DNA of 64,000 nucleotides from Gammaproteobacteria bacterium (GCA_965238175.1 CBDEGZ010000003.1:1216001-1280000); one strand, 5' to 3'; shown: positions 31,037-42,731, numbered from the stretch's first letter. Program-made: numbers and translations. Notes: generated from the sequence alone by a model not told the origin.

Positions 31037-31283
31037 TGTTGTTTCCTCACTGAGTAATGTTTTTTTAATTTTTAGAGATAAATCTGATCAGAAGTGTTTT
31101 ATATAGATTCTTAAAATGTGGCTATAAAAACCTAAACCCAGAGATATATCCAGAGAGACGCGCAAGCGTTAAATTTAACCTATCACGGCTTTTTGAACAA
31201 GTCAGATTAGACCGTGTGAGCCGACTCCCTTATAATCGCGTCTTAAATTATTATAAAAAAGTGGTGTGGAGGAACATCGGCTA

Positions 31284-31907
31284 ATGGTAAAAAATCAACC
31301 AATACAAGAATTTCTCGATCAATTAGCGAGCAGTGCTCCAACCCCTGGTGGTGGTGGTGCAGCGGCAATGATGGGAGCGTTAGGTGCGGCGCTGACCAGC
31401 ATGGTGTGTAACTTAACGATCGGAAAAGAAAAATATAAAGATGTTGAAGACGACATGCAGGAAACGCTAAAACAAGCGGAAGATCTACGTGCTCGATTGA
31501 CTGATATGATCGCAGCAGATGTGGAAGTTTTTGATAAATTGATGGGTTCTTACGGATTACCAAAAGAAACTGACGATGAAAAAGCAGCAAGAAGTGAAGC
31601 AATCCAAGTTGCATTACGGGAAGCGACAGACGTGCCACTTGAATGTGCACGAGCTTGTGCGGATGTGATTGCAGTTAGCCGTTCTGCTGCTGAAAAAGGC
31701 AACACAAATGTAATCAGTGATGCAGGCGTTTCAGTAATGGCAGCTTACGGTGCACTTAAAAGTGCGGCATTAAATGTTTATATCAATGCAGGTAGCATTA
31801 AAGATAAAGAATTTGCTGATCAGAGATTAGCGGATTTGGAAAAACTGTTAGCGAATGCTGAGAAAGATACCAATGAAATTTACGAGATTGTGAAAGGCAA
31901 GCTTTGA
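31284..31907 (+). CDS. fch: Methenyltetrahydrofolate cyclohydrolase (Fch / FTCD_C family)
   Basis: FLDQLASSAPTPGGG, GNTNVISDAGV, NVYIN; divergent from mtdA. Confidence 0.85.
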   Translation: MVKNQPIQEFLDQLASSAPTPGGGGAAAMMGALGAALTSMVCNLTIGKEKYKDVEDDMQETLKQAEDLRARLTDMIAADVEVFDKLMGSYGLPKETDDEKAARSEAIQVALREATDVPLECARACADVIAVSRSAAEKGNTNVISDAGVSVMAAYGALKSAALNVYINAGSIKDKEFADQRLADLEKLLANAEKDTNEIYEIVKGKL

Positions 31908-31912
31908 TTGTA

Positions 31913-31952
31913 AGGAATATTCCTCTATATCTTAGGGGAATGTTCCTGTTTT
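31913..31952 (+). terminator. Probable terminator after fch
   Basis: AGGAATATTCCTCT...AGGGGAATGTTCCT then GTTTT. Confidence 0.55.
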
Positions 31953-31958
31953 ATTCAC

Positions 31959-32598
31959 TCAGTCAGCTTCTGTATATTGAAGGCGTTTCTGAACTAAATC
32001 TTCAATCTTTTCAATCAAAGGTGTGATTTCATTATAAACTTCAATATATGATTTTCTCTCATCGCTAAAATCATTCATTCTGTGCTCGTTTTCCTTAGTT
32101 AGTATGGAATCCCAGATCAAATCATCTATTGCAGTGAAAATTTCTTTTAAATCACGGCTTAAAAAAATACGATTATTTTGGATAAAACTATGGAATTCTC
32201 TAGCTGATTGTTCTGTAACATTTAACTCATGCCAAAACATAATTTCATAATATGTCTTGTTTATATCAGTAGCATTCTTTAGTTCATCTTTTTGAGAGTC
32301 TTTGAAGATACTGCCATTTAGGTGTTCTTCGAGTTGTTTTTTATTTAGTGAATCTAGATTAGGGTAAATACGTGCTGGAGAAATAAAAACTTTTAATTCA
32401 TGAATTGCTTTTAGTAGTAGGCCTCAAGCCTCTGGTAGAATCTCTATTTCTTTGTTCGTGTTTATAGGATTCTAATCGTTCAACAAATTTTGCTTCCAAC
32501 CATTTAATACCTACCAATTTAAAAATAGCAAAAGCTGAAGTGACTGATAGCCCTACAAGAACTACATACTCACCTATAAATTGGAAAACTTGATCCAT
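31959..32598 (-). pseudogene. Disrupted hypothetical membrane-anchored gene
   Basis: The 66-aa and 93-aa ORFs join via a frameshift near 32450 and a TGA in EILPEA*GLLL; the frame is then open to 31959. Confidence 0.6.
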
Positions 32599-32646
32599 AT
32601 TCTTCTTGTTCCCTTACTTCTTTTTTCATAAGTAAATAAATTAGAT

Positions 32647-33477
32647 TTAATCAACAAACCGCATAGAAAGATCGACAGCCTTAACATGTTTGGTTAATGC
32701 TCCAACCGAAATATAATCAACACCTGTTTCTGCAGCAGCACGTAGGCTTTCTTTATCATAACCACCAGAAGCTTCGAGTTTTGATCGACCGTTTGTAAAT
32801 TCTACTGCTTCGCACATTTTGTCATTTGTGAAATTATCTAGCATGATAATGTCGGTTCCAGCTTCTATGGCTTCGTTTAATTGATCCATATTTTCGACTT
32901 CAACTTCTACAGGAATTTCGGGGTATCTTTTTTTCGCTTCGACAACAGCAGCTGTGATTGATCCAGCAGCATCAATATGATTTTCTTTTAATAAAATTCC
33001 GTCGTATAAACCGATGCGATGGTTTTTTCCGCCGCCCGTTTTAACTGCATATTTTTGTGCATCTCGGAGTCCGGGAATGGTTTTTCGTGTATCAAGTAAT
33101 TTGGTTTTTGTGCCTTTTAAAACTTCTACGTAATTATGAGCAGCAGTTGCAGTTGCGGACAAAGTTTGCAAAAAGTTGAGAGCTGTTCGTTCGCCGGTAA
33201 GAATCGGCTTTGTTAATCCTTCCAGATTACAAAGTTCTTGATTTGCTTCCGCCATTTCTCCATCTTTAACTAACCATGAAACTTTGATATTTTCATCGAG
33301 TTGTTTGAATACACTATTGAACCAGGGAATTCCACAAATGATCGCTTTCTCACGAGTGATTACGCGTGTTTTTGATCTGGAATCATCGGGTAATAAACTG
33401 GCTGTCAGGTCGCCGCCTTGAATGTCTTCTGCTAATGCTTGCTGAACAACTTCATCAACTGTGTTTAAAAGGTGCAT
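32647..33477 (-). CDS. nadC: Nicotinate-nucleotide pyrophosphorylase
   Basis: ERTALNF, LDTRKT, HRIGLYD, MLDNF, EASGG. Confidence 0.96.
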   Translation of the reverse strand: MHLLNTVDEVVQQALAEDIQGGDLTASLLPDDSRSKTRVITREKAIICGIPWFNSVFKQLDENIKVSWLVKDGEMAEANQELCNLEGLTKPILTGERTALNFLQTLSATATAAHNYVEVLKGTKTKLLDTRKTIPGLRDAQKYAVKTGGGKNHRIGLYDGILLKENHIDAAGSITAAVVEAKKRYPEIPVEVEVENMDQLNEAIEAGTDIIMLDNFTNDKMCEAVEFTNGRSKLEASGGYDKESLRAAAETGVDYISVGALTKHVKAVDLSMRFVD

Positions 33478-33519
33478 ATTTAATTTCTCAATTATCTTTT
33501 GTCTTTTTGGATTTAATTT

Positions 33520-34626
33520 TTAGTTTGGAATCTGTTGATTATTTATAAATTGATCCGGGTTTATATGTAGCGTTGATGTTGGAAAAGCAGTCTCAGCGCC
33601 ATGACTTTCAATCACCGCCAAGACTTTTAGAAGTACGTCCTGCTTAATTTCGTGAAAGCGGATCCAGTTGGTTGTTTTCGTAAACGTGTAAATAAAAAAA
33701 TCTAACGAAGAGGGTGCAAAGGAATTGAAATTTACGATCAACGTTTGACCGGTGTCGATCTCTTCGTGTTCTTTAAGCATAGTTTTTACATCGGCAATAA
33801 TGTCATCCATTTTGTTGGCATCATCATAACGAATTCCTATGGTTTCTTTGATCCGACGATTGGTCATTCTGGAAGGGTTTTCCACTGAGATATTCGCGAA
33901 TATTGCATTCGGTACATAAAGTGGCCGTTTATCAAAAGTGCGGATTATTGTCAGTCTCCAACCAATTTCTTCGACAGTGCCTTCTATTTCCCGATCAGGT
34001 GAACGGATCCAGTCACCGACATTAAATGGGCGATCCAGATAGATCATCAAACCTCCAAAGAAATTGGATAATAGATCTTTAGCAGCAAAACCAATTGCTA
34101 TACCACTAATCCCTCCAAAAGCGAGCAGGCCAGAAACAGTAAAGCCTAGTGTTTGTGCGATGATGATCGCACTGATGATCAGGGTGGTGAGTTTTAATAA
34201 CTTAGAGATGGCATCAAGTGTTGTACGATCAAATGGTACACCTTTCAATTGATGTTTTTCAATAATATTATTTGTACTAATCCGAATAAAACGTACCAGA
34301 AACCAGGCAACCAGTAGGATGATCGAGACTGTGCGAAATGGTTTAATATTTTCAATGAGAGTATGGCCGGTTTGAATCTGCATGATTTTTAAGACGAAGA
34401 TTAGACCTACTAACCAGAAGAAAATGACGAGTGGTTTTCGAAAGGCTTCGACGAAGGCATGATCCCAATGGGTGCCGGTTGTTTTAAGTTTGGCGTGGAG
34501 GCGCTCAAGGAATTTATATTCAATAAATGTGGCTATTAGAATAAGAAAAATAACAATAGCGATTTGAGCGGCCCAATGGCCTTCACTGTAAAAAGTGATG
34601 AGCTGATTTAACAGGTTTTGTAACAT
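33520..34626 (-). CDS. MscS-family mechanosensitive channel
   Basis: GFAAKDLLSNFFGG...DRPFNVGDWI, GTVEEIGWR. Confidence 0.92.
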   Translation of the reverse strand: MLQNLLNQLITFYSEGHWAAQIAIVIFLILIATFIEYKFLERLHAKLKTTGTHWDHAFVEAFRKPLVIFFWLVGLIFVLKIMQIQTGHTLIENIKPFRTVSIILLVAWFLVRFIRISTNNIIEKHQLKGVPFDRTTLDAISKLLKLTTLIISAIIIAQTLGFTVSGLLAFGGISGIAIGFAAKDLLSNFFGGLMIYLDRPFNVGDWIRSPDREIEGTVEEIGWRLTIIRTFDKRPLYVPNAIFANISVENPSRMTNRRIKETIGIRYDDANKMDDIIADVKTMLKEHEEIDTGQTLIVNFNSFAPSSLDFFIYTFTKTTNWIRFHEIKQDVLLKVLAVIESHGAETAFPTSTLHINPDQFINNQQIPN

Positions 34627-34674
34627 GATTTTTCCTTAATGCTTAAATCTAAATAATCAAGAAAACAACTTGAT

Positions 34675-35607
34675 TTAAAAAATGGGCTCGATGGTGAAAC
34701 CTTGTTCTTCAAGCAAGCCGAGAATGCCTTCTTCACCAGGTAAGTGCAGCGCGCCAACTGCAATAAAAGCATTGCCTTCGATAAGACGTATTTGCATACG
34801 ATCGGCCATTTTTATATTTCTTTTAGTGATCAGATTATCCATCAAGTCATCGTATTGACCTTCCTCATTGGGTTCGTACTTTTCAGCCATGAAGGCGAGT
34901 CCGGCGAGATCCTTTTTGAGATATAGATCTTTCATTTCTAAAACATCTTTTTGGAACACTCTGTAATTACAGACGGTTTCTTTTAGAAGTTGTTTTTGTT
35001 CTTTATCTGGCATGCTATCAAAAATGCCAAGTTGTTCATCTAAAGTTTCAAGACCATGAATTTCAGCGCCGAATTTTTTGCCACGATTAAAGATCACCAT
35101 ATCTAAGGGTAGTCCGCCTTTTGAAGGTGGCATACTCAATGCCAGATAAGCGGACCAGGGTTTTAGCGAGCTTGCAAGTTCATCGGTAAAACCATAATTT
35201 TTTAGCAAGAACAGTGTGTCCTGGTATAGATCGCTTCCTACTTTTCCTTTAAGCGTTGTGCCATCAGAATAGTTCATTGTTTTCGAAATGTTTTGGAATA
35301 ATTCGGGATCGAATTTAACTTCAAGTGTGACACTGAGGGCGTTGTCCAACGCATCTAAAACAGGAAGAGGCAGTGTGGTGATTTCTTTGTCAGGTAAATG
35401 CATGGTGCCATAGAGGTAACTGGGCTGGAGTCCTATTCGGCTGATTTTCCAAAGTAATCCTTTTGCATGACGATCTGGTACGGTTTGTTTTTTTTCTGCA
35501 AGTACCAATGGTTCACAGGCTATTTCAGCTTGAACCGTCCCAATGAAAATAAAGTTGAACGATAGAAGTAGTGTTGTTGTGAAAATAAGAAATTTATTCA
35601 TAGTCAT
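34675..35607 (-). CDS. TraB/GumN family protein
   Basis: SYLYGTMH, GLET..EQ, RN..M, AVGALHLPG. Confidence 0.85.
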   Translation of the reverse strand: MTMNKFLIFTTTLLLSFNFIFIGTVQAEIACEPLVLAEKKQTVPDRHAKGLLWKISRIGLQPSYLYGTMHLPDKEITTLPLPVLDALDNALSVTLEVKFDPELFQNISKTMNYSDGTTLKGKVGSDLYQDTLFLLKNYGFTDELASSLKPWSAYLALSMPPSKGGLPLDMVIFNRGKKFGAEIHGLETLDEQLGIFDSMPDKEQKQLLKETVCNYRVFQKDVLEMKDLYLKKDLAGLAFMAEKYEPNEEGQYDDLMDNLITKRNIKMADRMQIRLIEGNAFIAVGALHLPGEEGILGLLEEQGFTIEPIF

Positions 35608-35624
35608 TTGTATTATTTAGGTCA

Positions 35625-36680
35625 TTATAAAATTTTATCGTCACCAATATCGAGTTCTTGATCTGGACAAAGTTGATTGAGTTTTTTCACACGGTTTTTC
35701 CAATCTTTATCTGCAGATAATTGCTCTCGAGTAATCGCGTTTAGACCATGCATTCTGATCAACCTTATTTGTGAGACAGGATTGCTATATTGACCAAAAT
35801 GATCAAGCACCTGGATTACACCTTCTTGATCATTACAGATCAATACCATATCGCAACCAGCATCTAGCGCGGTTCGAGTTCTGGCAATAAAATCTCCACC
35901 GACCGCTGCGCCAGCCATACTCATGTCGTCAGAAAATAAGGCACCTTGAAAGTTCATTTTTTTGCGTAAGATTTCTTGTAACCAAACGGCCGAAAATCCA
36001 GCGGGTATTTCATCCACTTGTGGATAAATCACATGAGCTGGCATGATAGCTTCCAATCCATTATTGATCATCTTTTGGAATGGGATTAGATCACGTTTTT
36101 CTATCTCGTCTAAAGGACGATCATCAACAGGAATTTCATGATGAGAGTCTTCTGCGATGGATCCATGCCCGGGAAAATGTTTGCCAACTGCTGACATGCC
36201 CGCAGTTTTCATTCCACGACGATAGGCAAAAGCCAGTGTTGCGATAATATCGGGTTTTTTATGGAAGGCGCGATCATTAATTACCCGGCTGATGCCACCA
36301 AGATCGAGGATTGGTGCAAAGCTGATATCGACTCCAACTGTGCGTAATTCAGAGGCCATTACCCAACCCATGTCGTAGGCAAGATCTAACGCTTTTTCAG
36401 AATCTTGATCGTAGGCTTTGCCGAGTTCTGCACAGGCTGGCAGGCGGGTGAATTCTTTACGGAAGCGTTGTACGGCACCACCTTCGTGATCAACTGAGAT
36501 CAGCAAATGTGTGTGACTATTTTTTTGGATACTTTTGATCAGTTCAGAGATCTGATCGGCAGATTCGTAATTTCGAGTAAATAAAATGACACCACCCACC
36601 AGTGGATGTTGCAGCACTTCTTTCTCTTCTTCGGTTAATGCTAAACCGAGAACATCGATCATTAATGGGCCTAATGTCAT
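35625..36680 (-). CDS. nagZ: Beta-N-acetylhexosaminidase NagZ
   Basis: DHEGG.VQR, KHFPGHG...DSH, FSDDMSM. Confidence 0.95.
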   Translation of the reverse strand: MTLGPLMIDVLGLALTEEEKEVLQHPLVGGVILFTRNYESADQISELIKSIQKNSHTHLLISVDHEGGAVQRFRKEFTRLPACAELGKAYDQDSEKALDLAYDMGWVMASELRTVGVDISFAPILDLGGISRVINDRAFHKKPDIIATLAFAYRRGMKTAGMSAVGKHFPGHGSIAEDSHHEIPVDDRPLDEIEKRDLIPFQKMINNGLEAIMPAHVIYPQVDEIPAGFSAVWLQEILRKKMNFQGALFSDDMSMAGAAVGGDFIARTRTALDAGCDMVLICNDQEGVIQVLDHFGQYSNPVSQIRLIRMHGLNAITREQLSADKDWKNRVKKLNQLCPDQELDIGDDKIL

Positions 36681-37222
36681 GACGCCTTAATATCCATCCA
36701 GTTGCGTAATTTATCGCCAATCATATTGACTGACAATACGACGAGACACAAGGTTAAACCAGATGCAATGATGATGTGTGGGGCGACGAGCATATAGCGG
36801 GTACCATCACGGATCATTGTTTGCCATGAGGCGGTTTCTGCGATAATCACTCCGGTAATTCCAAATGTCGTTTCTACGATCACGGGCGCCATAATCAGTG
36901 GCAAAATGTGTTTTCTCAGCGTTGTATGAGTTGGTGTTGCTAATGTTTTTGCGGCTTGAATATGTTCGTGGTTTTTTATGCTAAGTGTCTGTGCCCGTGT
37001 TAGTCGGGAAAATTCAACCCAGCCAAGGCCGATTAGCGCGATAATAATATTATTGATTCTGGGACTTAAAATTCCTGCTAGAGCAATGGCAAGGAGAATG
37101 TCAACTAACGTTACTTCGACGAGATCGCCGGGGCTTAAATGCAATAGAAAAAACACTATGCAGATCACACCGGTCATTACGAACAGTGCACTTGCGGGTT
37201 TGATGAAGATGAAACGAAGCAT
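36677..37222 (-). pseudogene. Collapsed peptide ABC permease remnant (DppB-like N-terminus fused to DppC-like C-terminus)
   Basis: N-terminal VFFLLHLSPGD is DppB-like; the rest is DppC-like but lacks the FPGILL and LSFLGLG segments. Confidence 0.6.
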
Positions 37223-37356
37223 AGTTAGAATTATCACTATAAATCCACCAATCAGCAAAACCATCGTTAATTTATTGAGCTAAGCTTTGGTGAGATAGCG
37301 TGTTTCAAGGTATTATGTCGTCAATAATGATCGATCTCCACCTGGAAGAAAATCGC

Positions 37357-37911
37357 ATGGCACAATTTCAATTTGAACCTGATGACAGAGATGATATTAG
37401 ATCGGATAGACCCGTCAGGCAGGAACAACATAGTATGAGAGAACAAAAAAGTATGCTATCTAAAGCAAACAGTTTCATGTCATTTTTTGTACGTTTAATG
37501 GGGCTTTTTACGTTACTTGCTGGGCTTTGGGTTGGTGTGATAGTTATTACGGAAGTTTTGGGGCTTTACAAAGGGCCACATAGTATTGAGCGGTTTGCAG
37601 ACGCGATAGATAAAGGATCAAATCTTGATAAGGTTCTCGCTTCTTTTTCATCGAAAAAAAGTAAAAGAGTAAAACGTCGCGAAGGTCTTATTGATGAACC
37701 TGAAGTCACAACAACTAAAAATGATGATGCACTGCGTGTTTCGTATTTTTTGGCTTGGATAATTGCTATCTTTTTGCTAATGCTGATTGGGCGGCTAGCA
37801 ATATTAGCGATAAAAACCGGAGGCGAGTTAGCGCTTTATGATCTTCAGGTTAAAAAGTTTGCAAGACAACTGGTGGCAGAAGTGCGTGAGCCCGATAAGC
37901 GTCACAAATGA
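37357..37911 (+). CDS. Hypothetical two-TM membrane protein
   Basis: Two hydrophobic segments; start uncertain (37300 or 37357). Confidence 0.6.
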   Translation: MAQFQFEPDDRDDIRSDRPVRQEQHSMREQKSMLSKANSFMSFFVRLMGLFTLLAGLWVGVIVITEVLGLYKGPHSIERFADAIDKGSNLDKVLASFSSKKSKRVKRREGLIDEPEVTTTKNDDALRVSYFLAWIIAIFLLMLIGRLAILAIKTGGELALYDLQVKKFARQLVAEVREPDKRHK

Positions 37912-38019
37912 ACATAATCGATACAGTTCAGTATAGAAGATGAATGGAATTTTTAGCTAATTCAATAGCTTTTTTTATTTCAACAAGTAATTTCATAATT
38001 AATTAGCGATGGTTTAAAC

Positions 38020-38583
38020 GTGGAACAATTTCGAGGGACAACAATTTTATCAGTTCGGCGTAATGGCCAAGTTGTGATTGGTGGTGATGGTCAAGTCACA
38101 CTAGGTGATACTGTACTTAAGGGCAATGCACGAAAAGTCAGACGACTTAAGTGCGAAAGTAATGAAGTGCTGGCCGGGTTTGCTGGTGGGACAGCAGATG
38201 CATTTACTTTGTTTGAACGGATAGAGGCGAAGTTACAAAAACATCAGGGGAATTTATTACGTTCCGCAGTAGAACTGGCTAAAGACTGGCGATCTGATCG
38301 TGCGTTAAGAAAACTCGAAGCATTATTGATCGTGGCGGATAAAGAGACTTCTTTAATTGTATCTGGCAATGGCGATGTTATTGATCCTGAAGAAATTGAC
38401 AATGGATTGCTGGCGATTGGTTCCGGCGGTTCCTTTGCAAAATCTGCTGCAAAAGCATTATTGGAAAATACTGATTTGGATGCTCGCACCATCGTCGAAA
38501 AATCTCTGCATATAGCAGCTGATATTTGCATTTATACCAACCCGAATCTCGTCATCGAAGAGCTGGATGTCAAAAAAACATGA
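38020..38583 (+). CDS. hslV: ATP-dependent protease subunit HslV
   Basis: [27 protein letters not shown]. Confidence 0.97.
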   Translation: MEQFRGTTILSVRRNGQVVIGGDGQVTLGDTVLKGNARKVRRLKCESNEVLAGFAGGTADAFTLFERIEAKLQKHQGNLLRSAVELAKDWRSDRALRKLEALLIVADKETSLIVSGNGDVIDPEEIDNGLLAIGSGGSFAKSAAKALLENTDLDARTIVEKSLHIAADICIYTNPNLVIEELDVKKT

Positions 38584-39929
38584 CAAAAATTACGTCACAC
38601 AAAGAATTTACACCAAAGCAAATTGTTACAGAGCTTGATAAACATATCGTCGGTCAAAATGTCGCAAAACGTGCGGTTGCCGTTGCGTTAAGAAATCGCT
38701 GGCGTCGAGCACAAGTAGAGCCGCAGCTGCGGGCTGAAATCACGCCTAAAAATATTTTAATGATCGGGCCGACAGGTGTTGGTAAAACCGAAATTGCACG
38801 ACGGCTGGCAAAATTAGCTAATTCTCCATTCATTAAAATTGAAGCAACAAAATTTACTGAAGTCGGTTATGTTGGTAGAGATGTCGAGTCGATTATTCGT
38901 GATCTGGCCGATATTGCAGTGAAGATGAATCGTGAAGCCGAGATGGCAAAGGTTGAGCGTAAGGCTGAGGATGCGGTCGAAGAACGCATTTTGGATATAT
39001 TGCTTCCGAAGGCCAGAACCTTTGGTGAAGAGCAATCTGATGAACTTGAAGAGTCGGGCACTCGTCAGACATTTAGAAAAATGTTACGTGAAGGTACGTT
39101 GGATGATAAAGAGATTGAAATTGAAGTGAGTGCAGCTCCGATGGGTGTGGAGATCATGGCGCCACCGGGCATGGAAGAAATGACCAATCAGCTGCAAGGT
39201 ATGTTTCAGAACATGGGTAATAATCGTACTAATGAGCGTAAGGTTAAAGTTAAGGAAGCGGTGAAATTATTGCTCGAAGAAGAAGCGGCAAAATTGATTA
39301 ATGAAGAGGAAATAAAATCTACGGCTGTGGAATCCGTCGAGCAAAATGGGATTGTTTTCCTCGATGAATTGGACAAGGTGGCACAACGATCTGATCGAGG
39401 TGGTGGTGCAGACGTATCGCGCGAAGGTGTACAACGTGATCTTCTCCCATTAGTTGAAGGTTCTACGGTTTCAACTAAATATGGCATGGTCAAAACGGAT
39501 CATATTTTGTTTATTGCTTCCGGTGCATTCCATTTGTCTAAGCCTTCAGATCTGATCCCGGAATTGCAAGGACGGCTTCCAAATCGAGTTGAATTAGAAG
39601 CTCTAAGTAGTAACGATTTCGTTAGAATTCTAACTGAGCCAGACGCGTCGCTCACAGAACAGTATCAGGCATTAATGGCCACTGAAGGTGTTGATCTAAC
39701 GTTTGCAGAAACAGGTGTTAATCGTATTGCAGAGATTGCTTGGCAAGTAAACCAGGATAATGAGAATATTGGAGCTCGTCGGTTACATACTGTGATGGAA
39801 AGGTTGCTGGAAGACATTTCTTTTCAAGCGGATGGGGAATCGAAGACCGTTGAGATAGATGCAGAATATGTTGATAAGCAACTAGGTGAACTTGCTCAAG
39901 ATGAGGATATGGCGAAGTATATTCTTTAA
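38580..39929 (+). CDS. hslU: ATP-dependent protease ATPase HslU
   Basis: [22 protein letters not shown]-terminal YIL; ATG at 38580 overlaps the hslV stop. Confidence 0.97.
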   Translation: MTKITSHKEFTPKQIVTELDKHIVGQNVAKRAVAVALRNRWRRAQVEPQLRAEITPKNILMIGPTGVGKTEIARRLAKLANSPFIKIEATKFTEVGYVGRDVESIIRDLADIAVKMNREAEMAKVERKAEDAVEERILDILLPKARTFGEEQSDELEESGTRQTFRKMLREGTLDDKEIEIEVSAAPMGVEIMAPPGMEEMTNQLQGMFQNMGNNRTNERKVKVKEAVKLLLEEEAAKLINEEEIKSTAVESVEQNGIVFLDELDKVAQRSDRGGGADVSREGVQRDLLPLVEGSTVSTKYGMVKTDHILFIASGAFHLSKPSDLIPELQGRLPNRVELEALSSNDFVRILTEPDASLTEQYQALMATEGVDLTFAETGVNRIAEIAWQVNQDNENIGARRLHTVMERLLEDISFQADGESKTVEIDAEYVDKQLGELAQDEDMAKYIL

Positions 39930-40384
39930 GTTATTGGATCAGGTTTTGTGCGTGTTGAGGAGTGAATTAACCCTCGTTCATCAATCGAAAATAAGGCATC
40001 TTGAAGGTTGATAGAGACAGTATGTTTGAATAAGGGAAGTTATTACATAGAAAACTTGATATTCTCGTTCAACAGCTAGCTTATTTTTATACCTAAAAAA
40101 AGTAGTTGTACGTTTTACGAATTCTGATAATGTTCATTTCTATGTTGTAGGACAGACAGGCTTCATCAGAGATGATGTTAGAAAATCTTTTCAACTGCCC
40201 GAACAGGTAAATAATTCAGGGTTTGAACTTGTTACAAACATGCAAGGTATTCCCTTAGGAAAATATACTTTAGTCCTCATAGTTCAGTATGAGAAGGCTT
40301 CTTATATTTGTGATAATGGTCGTAACATTTTAATAATGACATAACATTGAGCCTTCATAAAAAAATGTCAGCTTTTTTATACTT

Positions 40385-41344
40385 ATGCTAGCGGATGTAA
40401 CCGTTATCATTGTTACTTGGAACAGTCAGGACCAAATTAAGACGTGTTTACAGCACCTTTCTGATCAAACGGTGCAACCACATTGTGTGATAGTGGTTGA
40501 TAATGATAGCACTGATAGTTCTGCGAGCATCGTTGAAGAATTTGAAAATGTCGATTTGAAACGTATGGATTCAAACCTGGGTTTTGCAGCAGGTAATAAT
40601 ATTGCTCTAGAGCAATGCGATACGGAGTGGGTCGCCTTGTTAAACCCTGATGCTTTCCCTGAGCCACAATGGCTTGAGGCTTTATTGGCCGCCGCGACCA
40701 AGAACCCAGACATTATTGCCTTTGGTTCACGTCAATTGTGCCATGATAATCATACGGTGATAGATGGCATAGGCGATTTATTGCATTTAAGTGGTGCCGC
40801 TTGGCGTTGTAATCACGGTGAACAACAACAGGAGGATGATCTCCTTTATAAGGAAATATTTTCACCTTGTGCGGCTGCGGCACTTTACCAGCGACAAGCT
40901 ATTAGTGAAGTCGGTGGTTTTGATGAAGATTTTTTTTGTTACATGGAAGATGTCGATCTTGGGTTTCGTTTGCATCTTGCTGGTTATAGAATTGCTTATG
41001 TACCAGATGCAGTCGTTCACCATGTTGGTTCAGCATCTACTGGAGGAAGGCGTAGCGAATTTTCAGTGTATCACGGCCATCGAAATCTAGTCTGGACCTT
41101 TGTAAAGAATATGCCGGGAATATTATTCTGGCTATTATTACCTATCCACTTATTACTAAATATAGTCACAACTATTTGGTTTATATCACAAGGGAAAGGC
41201 AAAGTGATTTTGCGTTCCAAATGGGACGCTATCAAAGGTATTCCCCATATATGGGCAAAGCGTAAGCATATCCAGAGTAATAGTAAAGCGACTACTGGTG
41301 AAATTTGGCGGGTGTTAGATAAGCGCTTTTTTATGAAGCTTTGA
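40385..41344 (+). CDS. Glycosyltransferase family 2
   Basis: VIIVTWN, VVDN.S.D, NLGFAAGNN, LLNPD, GGFDEDFF.Y.EDVD. Confidence 0.9.
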   Translation: MLADVTVIIVTWNSQDQIKTCLQHLSDQTVQPHCVIVVDNDSTDSSASIVEEFENVDLKRMDSNLGFAAGNNIALEQCDTEWVALLNPDAFPEPQWLEALLAAATKNPDIIAFGSRQLCHDNHTVIDGIGDLLHLSGAAWRCNHGEQQQEDDLLYKEIFSPCAAAALYQRQAISEVGGFDEDFFCYMEDVDLGFRLHLAGYRIAYVPDAVVHHVGSASTGGRRSEFSVYHGHRNLVWTFVKNMPGILFWLLLPIHLLLNIVTTIWFISQGKGKVILRSKWDAIKGIPHIWAKRKHIQSNSKATTGEIWRVLDKRFFMKL

Positions 41345-41632
41345 TGTTTATTGTATTTTGAGTTTAAAAACGAGTCGCCGAAGTTTTTATTGTTATGCGG
41401 CTTTAGTGAAGTACATTTGTATATCAATTAACTCAGATCATTATCACTAATAGGCCTGTTTTTTATATGAGAACGGCCAGGTTATTGTAAAACAGCATAA
41501 CTTTGAGCAATCAGCTTATCCGAACATTAGATCAAATTAATTTCTGAAGTTCACAAATATTGAGCCTATGCGTTCAGATAAGAAGATTTGAGGATAAGGT
41601 GGGCTTTTATAATTCGACGTTAGCCAGGTCGT

Positions 41633-42574
41633 TTATAAAGGATATGTCGGTTTATGTTCGCTGCGGTATTGTCTTGGTGAGCGCCCAAAGAAATGAGTGA
41701 AACGCCGACTAAAATGACTGAGGTCATTAAAGCCAACATCATAGCAAGTCTCGGTGACTGTTTTGCCTTTCTTCAGGTTATCTGCCGCAGATTTTAAGCG
41801 TCTTTGCTGTTGGTATTCGCCAGGTGAACAACCTAATTGTTTTTTGAATTCAACGTAGAGTCGGCTACGGCTCATGCAAGCCTTGCGGCAGAGCTGTTCA
41901 ATATCAAGAGGTAAAGCTATATTTTGTTCGATAAAATGTATCGTGGCGATTAATCCAGATGAGTCTGGTGCGCGATTGCAATAACTTAACAACACATCAC
42001 GACCTTGTTCTCTTAACAGTTTCGTGATGAGTTCTGAAATACCAAGATCTACCATAATTTCTTTATCTGGGTGATTCTCAGTAAATAAGGAGACCAACCT
42101 TTCCAGCAAACGTTGTGTGTCAGCCGTATGATTGCTGTGGATGATCTGTGGTTGATATTGCCAGTCATGATCAAGTTCATTTAAAGGCGTTAGATCGCGC
42201 ATACGCTCAGAAATTGTTTCGATACGTTCTTTTGGAATTTCGATGGTTAAACAAGTGGTTGGTTGTGTTTCTCTAGCTTCTGGAAAATCTATTTCGACAT
42301 GACCTCCTGGTGGCATTACATAAGATTCGTGCGGTAAAAAAACCTCTCCCTGTTTATTGTTAAAGTCATGCATGACTTTTTTACCTTGTACCATACCGCA
42401 ATACATTAATTGGTCGGCATCAAGCCCGACACCCGAAGCGGCGCGATAAGTATCATAGATACTCAACTCGGAATCAGGTCCGATAAAGGTTAGTTTGTTT
42501 TCAACTAATAACTGCCGATTTTCTCGTCGTTTTTCTATAGAGCTGTGTTCTATATGCATACTGTCTAATCTCAA
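41633..42574 (-). CDS. AraC-family regulator divergent from the aldehyde dehydrogenase
   Basis: C-terminal double HTH (CMSRSRL...FK; VGF.DLSHFSR.F). Confidence 0.9.
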   Translation of the reverse strand: MRLDSMHIEHSSIEKRRENRQLLVENKLTFIGPDSELSIYDTYRAASGVGLDADQLMYCGMVQGKKVMHDFNNKQGEVFLPHESYVMPPGGHVEIDFPEARETQPTTCLTIEIPKERIETISERMRDLTPLNELDHDWQYQPQIIHSNHTADTQRLLERLVSLFTENHPDKEIMVDLGISELITKLLREQGRDVLLSYCNRAPDSSGLIATIHFIEQNIALPLDIEQLCRKACMSRSRLYVEFKKQLGCSPGEYQQQRRLKSAADNLKKGKTVTETCYDVGFNDLSHFSRRFTHFFGRSPRQYRSEHKPTYPL

Positions 42575-42731
42575 GTACAGTTGAGTACAATTTTTAGACC
42601 GAACAGGATTCTAAGTCAAGTTTTTTAGACTGAAAACAAAGCAATATACGTATAAATCGCATTAATCTTAAAGTTTACATACATTAGACTTTACAAACCT
42701 TAATCTATAACTACAAAAAGAGAGAAAGCTT

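Noticed and set aside
39950-40345. Gene fragment upstream of the glycosyltransferase
   Set aside because: A partial open frame is visible but has no start or recognisable family; too weak to call.
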